DNA of 63,186 nucleotides, filler included, from Octopus bimaculoides (taxonomy: Eukaryota): NCBI RefSeq assembly GCF_001194135.2. It is 5 parts of 5 records of this genome, joined end to end, with 100 filler letters (N's around TTAATTAATTAA, not from the genome) between each part and the next. Parts side by side here need not be neighbours in the genome. Positions count along the whole stretch, not along the records: positions 46,643 to 61,610 come from NC_068999.1; positions 61,711 to 63,186 come from NC_068994.1; 3 more parts are not named here. One strand, written 5' to 3'. Of the stretch, positions 48,983-61,750 are shown in pieces; the stretch's first letter is position 1, and each line of letters begins with the position of its first letter. Below the pieces are notes generated by a model that saw nothing but the letters and a program-made list of their open reading frames with translations, searched no databases and was not told the DNA's origin. The translations under genes were made by a program, and so were the position numbers.

Positions 48983-50608
48983 NNNNNNNNNNNNNNNNNN
49001 NNNNNNNNNNNNNNNNNNNNNNNNNNNNNNNNNNNNNNNNNNNNNNNNNNNNNNNNNNNNNNNNNNNNNNNNNNNNNNNNNNNNNNNNNNNNNNNNNNNN
49101 NNNNNNNNNNNNNNNNNNNNNNNNNNNNNNNNNNNNNNNNNNNNNNNNNNNNNNNNNNNNNNNNNNNNNNNNNNNNNNNNNNNNNNNNNNNNNNNNNNNN
49201 NNNNNNNNNNNNNNNNNNNNNNNNNNNNNNNNNNNNNNNNNNNNNNNNNNNNNNNNNNNNNNNNNNNNNNNNNNNNNNNNNNNNNNNNNNNCATCACTAC
49301 ACAACCGATTCTGGTGTGTTTACGTCCCCGTAACATTAGCGGTTCGGCAAAAGAGACCGATAGAATAAGTACCAGGCTTACAAAGAATAAGTCCTGGGGT
49401 CGATTTGCTCGACTAAAGGCGGTGCTCCAGCATGGCCACAGTCAAATGACTGAAACAAGTAAAAGAGTAAATGTTCCAGGCTGCTTATGGATTAAGTTTT
49501 TCGCTGACTCAACGGATTCTAGGGCGACAGAGATGAGTTGAAAGACAGTGAGTCGGGTGGAAGAGAGATGGATCAACTGGAACCCTCGACGTCGTAAGCG
49601 ACGGAGTGCCAACAACACAACACTATAACTTTGCATACTGTCTATCATTCAGCAAATAACTCAAGAGAGTAACCCCCTACTTTGACTAAAAGATGAAAGT
49701 AAATATTTCATCGCGCAATCTTGAAAATTTGTTTCTAGCGAAACGGTTTACGAATACGTTCATGTTTTCTTTCTATACGATGGATTTATATATTTTTAGG
49801 AGATCTGAAAAGAAAAAAAGGCTAAGTAAATATACTCAAAGTACATTATTCGCTAAGGAAACATTCACTCTCTAAAATTACTGTTATAACTTTAAAGATA
49901 GACATGCGAAATATATATATATCTCAAACCATTTTTTTTTTCTTTAATTATGCAAAATTTTTCGGCGTCCCTATCAACAGTTGTATCCTTTCGAGTTTTA
50001 ATTGCATAAATATCCCCTTCGCTATGCAGTTCACGTGCTTCTTCCATGCTGTTCTTTTCTGTGCTTCCTTCTTCCATATATTTGTTATATACAAGCATTA
50101 GTATAGCAATGTTCTCCGTTGCTATTTCTGAAGATTCGAGAGAAGAAACTGCAGTAAAATAAGTAATCTAGAATTTGTTCAGTTATATCTTGTATATATA
50201 TCTTGTTTTTTTTTTCTAATCTAGGCATGAGGTCCGAAATTTTGGGGGAGAGGGCCAGTACGCAACTGGTACTTAATTTATCAACCCCGAAGGGATGAAA
50301 GGCAAAGTCGACCTCGGCGGAATTTGAACTCAGAACGTTAAGACAGACGAAATACCGCTAAGCATTTCATCCGGTGTGCTAACGTTTCTTTTCTAGTCTA
50401 GGCACAAGGCCCGAAATTTTGGGGGGAAGGTGGGGGGCCACTCGATTAGATCGACCCTAGTATGCAACTGGTATTTAATTTATCGACCCCGAAAGGATGA
50501 AAAGCAAAGTCGACCTCGGCGGAATTTGAACTCAGAACNNNNNNNNNNNNNNNNNNNNNNNNNNNNNNNNNNNNNNNNNNNNNNNNNNNNNNNNNNNNNN
50601 NNNNNNNN

Positions 50609-50651
<43 letters not shown>

Positions 50652-51332
50652 AAAAAGAACGAAAGAAAACGATAGACAGACAGATAGATAGATAGATCCT
50701 AGACAGTGGAAATTACGACAATAACACATTATCTGAGCTAAATTTACCACCACAAAGCATCAAAAGATCACAGCAAACTTTACTAACGAGTTCCCCCTCG
50801 TAAAAGTCTATTTTCTTTACGCTTTTATGACTTGTGTGTCGGTTGTTAAATTGAGTGTTGTTGTGTTTATTTTATTTTTACATCTTAAAGTATCAAACAT
50901 CTTGAAAGTAGCAAATTAGGTTGTGTGTTAGCTGCTCGTGTCTAAAGTAATAGTTGCATTTTTGGAAATTATGTGATAAAAGAAATGATTTTAAAATTCA
51001 AAGAAAACAGACGATATATTAACGTCTGCAAAGATTCGACATGTAATGTAAAAAAAAGTACGAATTATTTAATAATAACGACATCAATACTGTTAATAAT
51101 CAATAGCATTCTGTATATCTTACTTAATGTGAATATTTTGTAGAAAGCCACACAACTGCGGCATTCGTCTCGAGAATTTGAACTCAAACTGTAATGAGTT
51201 AGAAAAAATAATGTTTTGATAGTAATAACAGTTTCTTATTTGAGCACAAGGCCTGCAATTTTGAAGGAAGCAGATTAGTAGATACTTGCGATCCCAGTAC
51301 TTGACTGGTACTTTGCTAATGATGATATCTGT

Positions 51333-51733
51333 TATCTTTTATCTTTTACTTGTTTCAGTCATTAGACTGCGGCCATGCTGGGACAGCGCCTTGAATTTTT
51401 AGTCTAGTGAATGATCTCTGTACGTTTTTAAAACCAGGAACCACGATCTATCTTGCCGAACTGCTAATTTACGGGGATGGAAACACACCAACATCGGTTC
51501 TCGGGTGGTGGGGTGACAAACACAAACGCAAATACACACACATACATACATACATACATACATATATACATGTGTGTGTGTGACAAGCTTCTTTCAGTTT
51601 CTCTCTACCTAATCCACTCACAAGGCTTTGGTCGACCTGAGGTTATAGCAGAAGACACTCGCCCAAGGTGAGACTGAACCCGGGACCATGTGATTGAGAA
51701 GCAAAATTCTAACCACACAGCCACGCCTGCACC
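51333..51733 (-). mobile_element. SINE family A copy with internal (CATA)n
   Basis: Reverse complement of the family A tail and head. Confidence 0.8.
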
Positions 51734-52865
51734 TGTTTTAACATTTTTTTACTAAATTGACTACCCAAATGCAGAGATGTAAAAAAAAAACTCCTTATGT
51801 AATGAGATGAAATTTAATCACCGGAGAACTTAGAGCAAACCACTCTTCTGACTATTGCTAGTGAGGCACCCATGGGAAATAAAGAATGGTCGGTAAGTAT
51901 TTCAAAAATTAAGCAACAAATTAATTGACTTACACAAAGCAAATTTGCCCTTAATGCCCAGGTTGCAACTGTTATATTAATTATCTACCCGCAAAAGAAA
52001 TTAAAAGAGAGCATAATGACTTGATTCAACCTATGTCCTAGGCAAGACATTAAATTGCTTCCGGTACTGAGACTCCAGTTTGCCAGTTCAGAGATTTGGT
52101 GAGAGAGGAGTTATTCTTAATCGTCATTACTTCAAGGTTTACTCCTACCCAGGGTGGTACTACCTGTCAAGAGCTCTACTTATGGATCAAATAACAGAAG
52201 ATGGTCCAGTGACTAAGAAATAAAGGGCTCTGAGGGAGGCTGGCGCCTAGATATGTTTCATGCAGCCCCACCAGTTTTTGTGGATAAGCCATAATATCAA
52301 GTGATCCTGTTTTCTTGCCTAAGGGTCAAATAGTCCCAGGACTTCAAGAGGAAGATCGAGAAGGCAGCAGAATAGTAGAGTGAACTGTAAATAGGTCGAC
52401 AAAAGGTAATAGAGATTAGGGTTAGAGTTTCCAAGAAAAACCATAAAAAATCAGGAATCTTCATGGAGGTCCATAAACGCCGGTGTTTGCATGGCACCAG
52501 AAGAGACAGAAAATCAATTTAGTATGTAAATGGCACTTATTTTATTGACCCTGAAGGTGAAAAGAAATCGAAATTTCTTGCCGGCGGTATTTGAACTTAG
52601 AATGTAGAGGGTTTAATTTTATATGTGAGTTCATAAAAACAATAACAAAATTAACGTAAAATAAATTAAATAACATAGACTGAGACTACAGTCGCCATCT
52701 TTTCTTTTACTTTCACTTTCTCTGTCAATGTTTAGTTTTAATTGGCATATTTACTGAACTGCCGCATATTCTCTTTAAATAAAGCACTGGATGACGGAGA
52801 GAGAGTGTATGTGTGTTTGTGCACACACATACACATATACACATACATACGCACATCAGACATAC

Positions 52866-52907
<42 letters not shown>

Positions 52908-53162
52908 CATAGCTTCTTAAAGTGGCAGAAAATCTAATTTGAGTTGAATTAGATTAATTGAGAGTTATGTTAGAAGGGGAGGGGAAAAAGACAATAATAA
53001 AAATAAAAATACAAAACAACATTATTTTTAACAANNNNNNNNNNTTTTTAACAAATGAAAAATATTTTTCCGAAAATAGAATAACGGAATAAGAAAAGAG
53101 TAAAGATTGTCAAGGAAAGAGGCAAATATGTAGGAAATAACAACAACAACAACAACAACAAC

Positions 53163-53216
<54 letters not shown>

Positions 53217-53590
53217 AGAGAGAAATTAATTAAAGAAAACGTAGAAATATCTTGCGGAAATCTCAATGAAACTATAAAAACAGCGGTTATTTCTATCGTT
53301 TATAATTAAACATCATTCTGAAATGAAGAATGGAGAATGTTATGTATGTCATATGTTATCTCGTTGCTATACCCTTGGACATGTTCGCCTTGGAGTACGG
53401 TGTAGATTGTCATTCTAGGGTGGTGGATCTCATTCTTTGTGGTATACTAGGGACCAAAAAAGTATTTTCGTAGCACTTTGCATGGAAAATGAAAAACAGT
53501 TGAAGTAAATTTATTAACACATTTATTTATGCGCGTCAGTATCTGCATGTATAACCACACACACACAGTCATACACATAGACACCCACAC

Positions 53591-53626
<36 letters not shown>

Positions 53627-53796
53627 ACACATATACATATTATATATTCGACGGACTGCTTTCATTCTCCGTCTACCAAATCCACTCACAGCGCTTTGGT
53701 TAGCCCGGGGCTATAATGGAAGATAGTTGCCGAAGGTCACACGCCGAGTCTGCACATATATTGGGGAGACAAACACAGACACACAAACATATACAC

Positions 53797-53838
<42 letters not shown>

Positions 53839-54176
53839 GACAGGCTTCTTTCAGTTTCCGTCTACCAAATCCACTCACAAGGCTTTGGTCGGCCCGAAGC
53901 TATAGTAGAAGACACTTGCCCAAGGTGCCACGCAGTGGGAATGAACCCGGAACCATGTGGTTGGTAAGCAAGTTACTTACCACACAGCCACTCATGTTCG
54001 TGTTTAGGTTCCGGTAATTTTGCGGTTCTGAAAAAGGGGAAAAAAAATTAGGTACCAGGCTTTACAAAGAAATAAGTACCGAGGTCGATTCCTTCGGTGG
54101 CCTTAGTCTAATGACAGAAACAAGTAAAAGATAAAAGATATACACGGTATATGTGTGGAGTAGTAGCAGCGACAGT

Positions 54177-54242
<66 letters not shown>

Positions 54243-56923
54243 CGTACACGCTAACATGTTTCGCATACGCTTTAAATAATGAATATACATCTGTTAAGAT
54301 TTGACCCAGTTTTGACTAAAATTTTGTCCTGTTGTTGTTATTGTTTTTGTCGTTATCTTTCCGTCTAGAGAAAGAAGTTTACACATATCAAAATATCAAG
54401 AAACATACGTGTGTGTGCGCGTGTGTGTGTGTGTGTGTGTGTGTGGGTGTGTGTGTCATTGTAGAAGACTTTGTTCAAAGTGCTACTCAGTGGTACTGAA
54501 CCCGGAACCACGCGTTTGGGGAGCAAACATCTTACCACACAGTCATCAACGTGTTCCGGGTTCAGTTCCACTGCGTGGCACCTTGGGTGAGTGTTTTCTA
54601 CTATAACCCGGGTCAATCAAATCCGTGTGAATGGATTTGGTAGACGGAAACTGAAAAAAGGCCACCGTGTGTGTGTGTGTGTGTGTGTCCTATGCAAGAC
54701 AATACTATTGACATTTATCGCTCCTGGAGCTATAAAAGTCAGTTGCACTGTCCTGTATAGGACACCACACTTGGTTGGCAATTATATATTTCGATAATTG
54801 TTTTTAAGTTTGGTATCAACAATAAGTATAACGTCAATAGGTTTTTTGATTATATTCCTCAAACGGACAATTCAAGGACGTTTTGGGGGGAAAAAATAGA
54901 CAATTTCTTGCCCCCCTCTTACCTTTATTTTTTGGAGACTCATCATTTTTAAGTGGATACATAAATCACTAATCACTTTTAAATTCGCAAATAGAGGATT
55001 AGTGGTTTGACGACAAAGTATCGTGTTTTCGTTCGTACCATATAATTATGACAACTTAAGGCAAAAGTGTAGTCATGGAGGAAAGAGTGGTATTTGTAAC
55101 AGTGGAATTTTTTTGGCCCCGTAAGCATACTCAGAGTCCGATAAAATATGGTATTTTATTGCTGTTAGTATAATTTTTTGTTCCCTAACCCTCATAAACT
55201 GGATTCGACCAACTGACAAACATATGATAAATTATTTATTTCTTAGCCAAACCTCAATGACTGTCCTTCACAGGAGATCTATTTATAATCGGAAATACAC
55301 CGTGAACGGAACACCACTCCTCTCTCGAGCTCTGTAGAGCAACTATGAATGTCTATAATCATTTTTTTAAATTCCAGATCCAATTTCGTCCACAGCCGTA
55401 AATATTTTTTAAAAACGGAGTAACTTTCAGCAGTCTCTGAAATGATAACACATTCAAGATATTTACTAAAACAGACTACCAAAATAGAAATACCTAACCA
55501 GTCAGTACGTGCCGTCACAAGAACAAGTTTTACCTCTATAATTACAAATGGACACATGAATCGGGTTAATTCGCCATGCAGAGATCGTAAGACCGCCGAC
55601 AAAATCTAGCCTATAACTATCCTGCGTGAGGCCAGCCATGAGTTCGCGGTAGAGCATCCCATTACTGCTGTATCATCTCTCTATATCAAATCCCTACCAC
55701 CAATGAACATCACCTCTGGTTTAAAATTCTGAGTAACGATATATGTATGTGTATGAGTGTGTATGTATGTATACACACACACACACATACACACACATAT
55801 AGACATGTCAAAGTATATATGCGTGTGCGCCAGTGAATGTGTACATATGTCTGTGCAAGTGTATGGTAAAATACTCTTCTGTCTCCATCCAATGCTTCTT
55901 CCTCCTCTTCCTTTCCCCTTCCTATTCTTGTCTTCAGTCTAACAACACACAAAAAGCGTTTGGCCAGCTGTATAGTGCACACTACCCCGACATTCCACCG
56001 ATGCCCACCACCACCTGGATTCACACATCCTTTCTCTTAAGTAAAATAGTAAAGTGTTCTGTTTCCTCCTCCTGACAACATTTGTAACAGTGGCTTTCCT
56101 CTGCGGCCGTATGTGCTACAAATGTGTACTTATCTGTATGGATGCATGCACGCGCGTGTGTGTGTGTGTGTGTGTGTGTGGGTGTGTGTGTGTGTGCGTG
56201 CGTGCGTGCGTGTGTATTTGTGCCTGTGACTGTTATATCTGTGAATGTGTATGTTCTACATATGAGTATGACCTAAATACTTAGAAGCTAAACCTATCCG
56301 TGCATCATCATCACACGGGGGCTCCCCGTCNNNNNNNNNNNNNNNNNNNNNNNNNNNNNNNNNNNNNNNNNNNNNNNNNNNNNNNNNNNNNNNNNNNNNN
56401 NNNNNNNNNNNNNNNNNNNNNNNNNNNNNNNNNNNNNNNNNNNNNNNNNNNNNNNNNNNNNNNNNNNNNNNNNNNNNNNNNNNNNNNNNNNNNNNNNNNN
56501 NNNNNNNNNNNNNNNNNNNNNNNNNNNNNNNNNNNNNNNNNNNNNNNNNNNNNNNNNNNNNNNNNNNNNNNNNNNNNNNNNNNNNNNNNNNNNNNNNNNN
56601 NNNNNNNNNNNNNNNNNNNNNNNNNNNNNNNNNNNNNNNNNNNNNNNNNNNNNNNNNNNNNNNNNNNNNNNNNNNNNNNNNNNNNNNNNNNNNNNNNNNN
56701 NNNNNNNNNNNNNNNNNNNNNNNNNNNNNNNNNNNNNNNNNNNNNNNNNNNNNNNNNNNNNNNNNNNNNNNNNNNNNNNNNNNNNNNNNNNNNNNNNNNN
56801 NNNNNNNNNNNNNNNNNNNNNNNNNNNNNNNNNNNNNNNNNNNNNNNNNNNNNNNNNNNNNNNNNNNNNNNNNNNNNNNNNNNNNNNNNNNNNNNNNNNN
56901 NNNNNNNNNNNNNNNNNNNNNNN

Positions 56924-56966
<43 letters not shown>

Positions 56967-57311
56967 CATATATACATCTACATATACGTGTTTCGTATGC
57001 TTTGTTCTATGTCTATGTTTATATATGTATATGTATATATATCTGTGTGTATGTATGTATATGTGTGCACATATATGCATACATTCACACATGTACAAAC
57101 GTATATATATGTACATATATTTCATATTTTCACACACACACACACACACACACATACAAACGCATCCTTTCAGCTCGTCTACGAGAAACATTTTGAATGT
57201 GCATATAAAAGCCTTTTATTCTATTATGCCTGCTACAGCCTAATAATGCCAACTGATGATACCTGTTCTAAGGGGTTGCACAGAGCTGTGCTGATATGAT
57301 ATAGGAAAAAT

Positions 57312-57315
<4 letters not shown>

Positions 57316-57358
<43 letters not shown>

Positions 57359-57501
57359 CATAATAATAATCCATGAATGGAATTAATAAATAAATAATTT
57401 TAATGCGCCGCTACGTGCGTTTCCACACCTCGAGGAACATTGACTTGTGGAAACGGACGTAGCAGTTTATTAAGATATTTATTTATAAATTCCATCCATA
57501 G

Positions 57502-57573
<72 letters not shown>
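57316..57573. repeat. Imperfect fold-back with (AAT)n and (ATT)n outer arms
   Basis: About 57-nt unique inner arms at roughly 80 percent identity (ccatgaatggaatt...gctacgtgcgtttccaca vs its inverse) around an 18-nt loop at 57428-57445. Confidence 0.8.
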
Positions 57574-57576
<3 letters not shown>

Positions 57577-58131
57577 TAGTTTTATTTTTATAACGTGCNN
57601 NNNNNNNNNNNNNNNNNNNNNNNNNNNNNNNNNNNNNNNNNNNNNNNNNNNNNNNNNNNNNNNNNNNNNNNNNNNNNNNNNNNNNNNNNNNNNNNNNNNN
57701 NNNNNNNNNNNNNNNNNNNNNNNNNNNNNNNNNNNNNNNNNNNNNNNNNNNNNNNNNNNNNNNNNNNNNNNNNNNNNNNNNNNNNNNNNNNNNNNNNNNN
57801 NNNNNNNNNNNNNNNNNNNNNNNNNNNNNNNNNNNNNNNNNNNNNNNNNNNNNNNNNNNNNNNNNNNNNNNNNNNNNNNNNNNNNNNNNNNNNNNNNNNN
57901 NNNNNNNNNNNNNNNNNNNNNNNNNNNNNNNNNNNNNNNNNNNNNNNNNNNNNNNNNNNNNNNNNNNNNNNNNNNNNNNNNNNNNNNNNNNNNNNNNNNN
58001 NNNNNNNNNNNNNNNNNNNNNNNNNNNNNNNNNNNNNNNNNNNNNNNNNNNNNNNNNNNNNNNNNNNNNNNNNNNNNNNNNNNNNNNNNNNNNNNNNNNN
58101 NNNNNNNNNNNNNNNNNNNNNNNNNNNNNNN

Positions 58132-58176
<45 letters not shown>

Positions 58177-58289
58177 TATATGTATATATATGTGTGTGTG
58201 TGTGTATATCCATCGTATCTTTTCATAGTGATGCTCCTGCATGACCGCAGCCGCATGGCTGAAACGCATAGTAGAAATAAAAGAAATAG

Positions 58290-58331
<42 letters not shown>

Positions 58332-58626
58332 AGTGTACTGAACACATGGTGTAGAGTTTATTTCTACGTGAGATCGTTTGGGATTATTCTCCCGACTGTT
58401 ACTGCGACATGTGTTGCCTAACTGATCAACGACCTACATGCACAATCAGGACTTGGTGGGGTTGTTGTTGCTGTTACTGTTGTCGTTTGGCTCAAAGATC
58501 GATCCTGACTGCGCAGATCAATAACATTCTTCTCATGTCTAACTTATGCTTCTCTTGGACATTGTATATCAAGGCATACATTGCCCAATGTGTTCGCCTC
58601 TTTTGCGAGATAGCAGAGTGCGACTT

Positions 58627-58633
58627 GAGAGAG

Positions 58634-58717
<84 letters not shown>

Positions 58718-58731
58718 TGAGAGAGAGAGAA
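58627..58731. repeat. (GA)n microsatellite
   Basis: Read directly. Confidence 0.95.
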
Positions 58732-59011
58732 AAAAAGTTGACTGCTATTTCTAGCATGCTAAGTGACCTCGTATGGACCCCGCTCGTCACCGCTTGAAGG
58801 TTGCTCGTGTCTGTAACAAAGTATCTCTCGGTGTAGTAAATATGTGAAGAATTTAGCTTTAAAGGAAAAAAATATATTCAAGACAAAGCCATAAATACGC
58901 CCACATTTGGTAACGTAACAGCACTTCGTCACAGCCAGCCGCCAATCCGTTGCATAACTGAAACTATGTAGTCAGGTTTTCAATTTAGCTTGCATTACTC
59001 ACTCGTAGCAA

Positions 59012-59242
59012 GGCGGCGAGCTGGCAGAAACGTTAGCACGCCGGGCGAAATGCTTAGCGGTATTTCGTCTGCCACTGCCTTCTGAGTTCAAATTCCGCCG
59101 AGGTCGACTTTGCCTTTCATCCTTTCGGGGTCGATAAATTAAGTACCAGTTACGCACTGGGGTCGATATAATCGACTTAATCCGTTTGTCTGTCCTTGTT
59201 TGTCCCCTCTGTGTGTAGCCCCTTGTGGGCAGTAAAGAAATA
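59012..59242 (+). mobile_element. SINE family B, near full length
   Basis: ggcggcgagctggcagaa head, gttcaaattcc B-box-like motif, gaggtcgactttgcctttcatcctttcggggtcgataaattaagtaccag core; other copies near 9493-9705, 44850-45030, 46255-46542 (+) and 50215-50538, 9270-9390, 34850-34950, 52520-52610 (-). Confidence 0.85.
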
Positions 59243-59880
59243 GGCATTTCGTCTGCCGTTACGTTCTGAGTACAAATTTCGCCAAAATTTCAATCTATTT
59301 TTAATTTAATTTTATTATTTTTTATTTGCTGTTTCGTGTACAGCACCATTTCAGTCATCGATTAAGACAATAGCCCCAAGGCTTAACGTTGTTCGTGATC
59401 AAAAACATAGATTATGGAATAGAAAGCTGTCCACTACAAACATCATAGATTGCTTTTTAACATGTTATTTTTCACGCCTATCCACGTACAAATATTGAAT
59501 ATTTACTTAGTGATTCTCTTATTTTAACTTCAACAATGTACTACGATGTCTCTTTTGCTGAAGAGTTTGATAATTCAAAAACGTGTCCTGGGTTGTTCCC
59601 CTTACTTACCAAAATAGTTACAATATTAAGTCATTTAACTAATGTTGTGTATTTATCAAAGCATATATATTTCTCATTTGATTTTTTATGCTCATTACAA
59701 TAAACGTTGCCACAGAGATTGTCCAATTAATAAGTCCTGCTGCTGTTATATTACGGTTATGTTGACAGCAAGAAGCCAATATTTCACTGTTTTGCATAGT
59801 TGGATATTGGTGTTAATAGCATTGAGTTTCCTCTCCCCCCCCCCACACACACACACCCAAACATACATTTATACATACAT

Positions 59881-59921
<41 letters not shown>

Positions 59922-60025
59922 CCACTTCATGCTTTTGCTTGATGGGGCTGGGGTCAACCCAAGTCAGTGGTCCCAGAGGCATCATCATACGTAGAACCAT
60001 AGATACTGAGAAATACACACATATA

Positions 60026-60219
60026 CGAGGAGTGCTGAAAAAGTTCCTAGCTTTGGGTAAAAGAAAATATATTTAACATATTCCCCTCTCAAATTCACAC
60101 ACTTATTGCAGCGGCCCTTCAGTTTTTCTAAGCCCTGTCAAAAAAGAACTCGGAAGGTTGGGCTTCCAGCTAGGCCTTTCGTGATACCCTTAAAGCCAAG
60201 AACTCTTTAGCACCCCTTG
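60026..60219. mobile_element. Mariner-derived MITE, second family, copy 1
   Basis: TA|CGAGGAGTGCTGAAAAAGTTCC...GAACTCTTTAGCACCCCTTG|TA; minus-strand remnant resembling GLEKLKGRCNKCVNLRGEYV. Confidence 0.85.
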
Positions 60220-60953
60220 TATATGTATATGTTTATGTATNNNNNNNNNNNNNNNNNNNNNNNNNNNNNNNNNNNNNNNNNNNNNNNNNNNNNNNNNNNN
60301 NNNNNNNNNNNNNNNNNNNNNNNNNNNNNNNNNNNNNNNNNNNNNNNNNNNNNNNNNNNNNNNNNNNNNNNNNNNNNNNNNNNNNNNNNNNNNNNNNNNN
60401 NNNNNNNNNNNNNNNNNNNNNNNNNNNNNNNNNNNNNNNNNNNNNNNNNNNNNNNNNNNNNNNNNNNNNNNNNNNNNNNNNNNNNNNNNNNNNNNNNNNN
60501 NNNNNNNNNNNNNNNNNNNNNNNNNNNNNNNNNNNNNNNNNNNNNNNNNNNNNNNNNNNNNNNNNNNNNNNNNNNNNNNNNNNNNNNNNNNNNNNNNNNN
60601 NNNNNNNNNNNNNNNNNNNNNNNNNNNNNNNNNNNNNNNNNNNNNNNNNNNNNNNNNNNNNNNNNNNNNNNNNNNNNNNNNNNNNNNNNNNNNNNNNNNN
60701 NNNNNNNNNNNNNNNNNNNNNNNNNNNNNNNNNNNNNNNNNNNNNNNNNNNNNNNNNNNNNNNNNNNNNNNNNNNNNNNNNNNNNNNNNNNNNNNNNNNN
60801 NNNNNNNNNNNNNNNNNNNNNNNNNNNNNNNNNNNNNNNNNNNNNNNNNNNNNNNNNNNNNNNNNNNNNNNNNNNNNNNNNNNNNNNNNNNNNAACACTC
60901 TCACACACACACACACACACTCACACACACACACACATACACACATACACATA

Positions 60954-61164
60954 CGAGAGGGGATGGAAAATTTCTTGAATTTGGCCAAAAGAAAATACAG
61001 GAGGATCAGTTAATTATGATTTTATTCAACATATTCCTATCTCAGATTCGCACACTTACTGCGGCGGTCCGTTAGTTTTTGTAAGCCCTGTAAAAAAAGA
61101 AAACACGGAAGGTTGGGCCTCCAATCAGGCGTTTCGTGATACCCGTGAAGCTAGCACTCCCTCG
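60954..61164. mobile_element. Mariner-derived MITE, second family, diverged copy 2
   Basis: TA|CGAGAGG...CACTCCCTCG|TA; interior homologous to 60026-60219 in the same orientation. Confidence 0.8.
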
Positions 61165-61610
61165 TACACACGCATTCATGCTACAGAGATGCACATAAAC
61201 ATGTACAGATCCACCTACACAGAAATATACACATTACAAATACACGCAGACACAGGGTCTTGTATACACACATTGACTAGCGAAAATAGAAGCCAAAAAC
61301 TATGCACACGCAGATATACACCCACCTGGATATATGTACAATAATGCGTATTCAAACGCACCGACAAACACCGATACACACACACACACTCACACACACA
61401 CACCAAATCCTGTACACGCCTCGACATACCATTTGACACCAACGCACACATCTATAAGCGTATACACGCGTATACACACACACACACACACATACACACA
61501 CACACACATATATATATACATGTACATATATACATATATATACATATACATATATGTGTGTGTGTGTGTGTGTGTGTATATGTATATATATATATATATG
61601 TGTGTGTGTG

Positions 61611-61710
61611 NNNNNNNNNNNNNNNNNNNNNNNNNNNNNNNNNNNNNNNNNNNNTTAATTAATTAANNNNNNNNNNNNNNNNNNNNNNNNNNNNNNNNNN
61701 NNNNNNNNNN
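61611..61710. other. Artificial scaffold-join spacer
   Basis: 44 N + TTAATTAATTAA + 44 N. Confidence 0.95.

Positions 61711-61750
<40 letters not shown>

Noticed and set aside
55279-55602. 107-aa minus-strand ORF in non-SSR sequence
   Set aside because: No recognisable motif, Met start or splice signals; could be old transposon sequence.
58205-58290. Apparent minus-strand exon with a strong TTTCAG acceptor (HAAAVMQEHHYEK)
   Set aside because: It is the reverse complement of a diverged family A SINE tail.
59558-59587. Second hammerhead-like motif (CTGAAGA...AAAAACGTGTC)
   Set aside because: G12 of GAAA is missing and stem II does not pair; at most a dead remnant.
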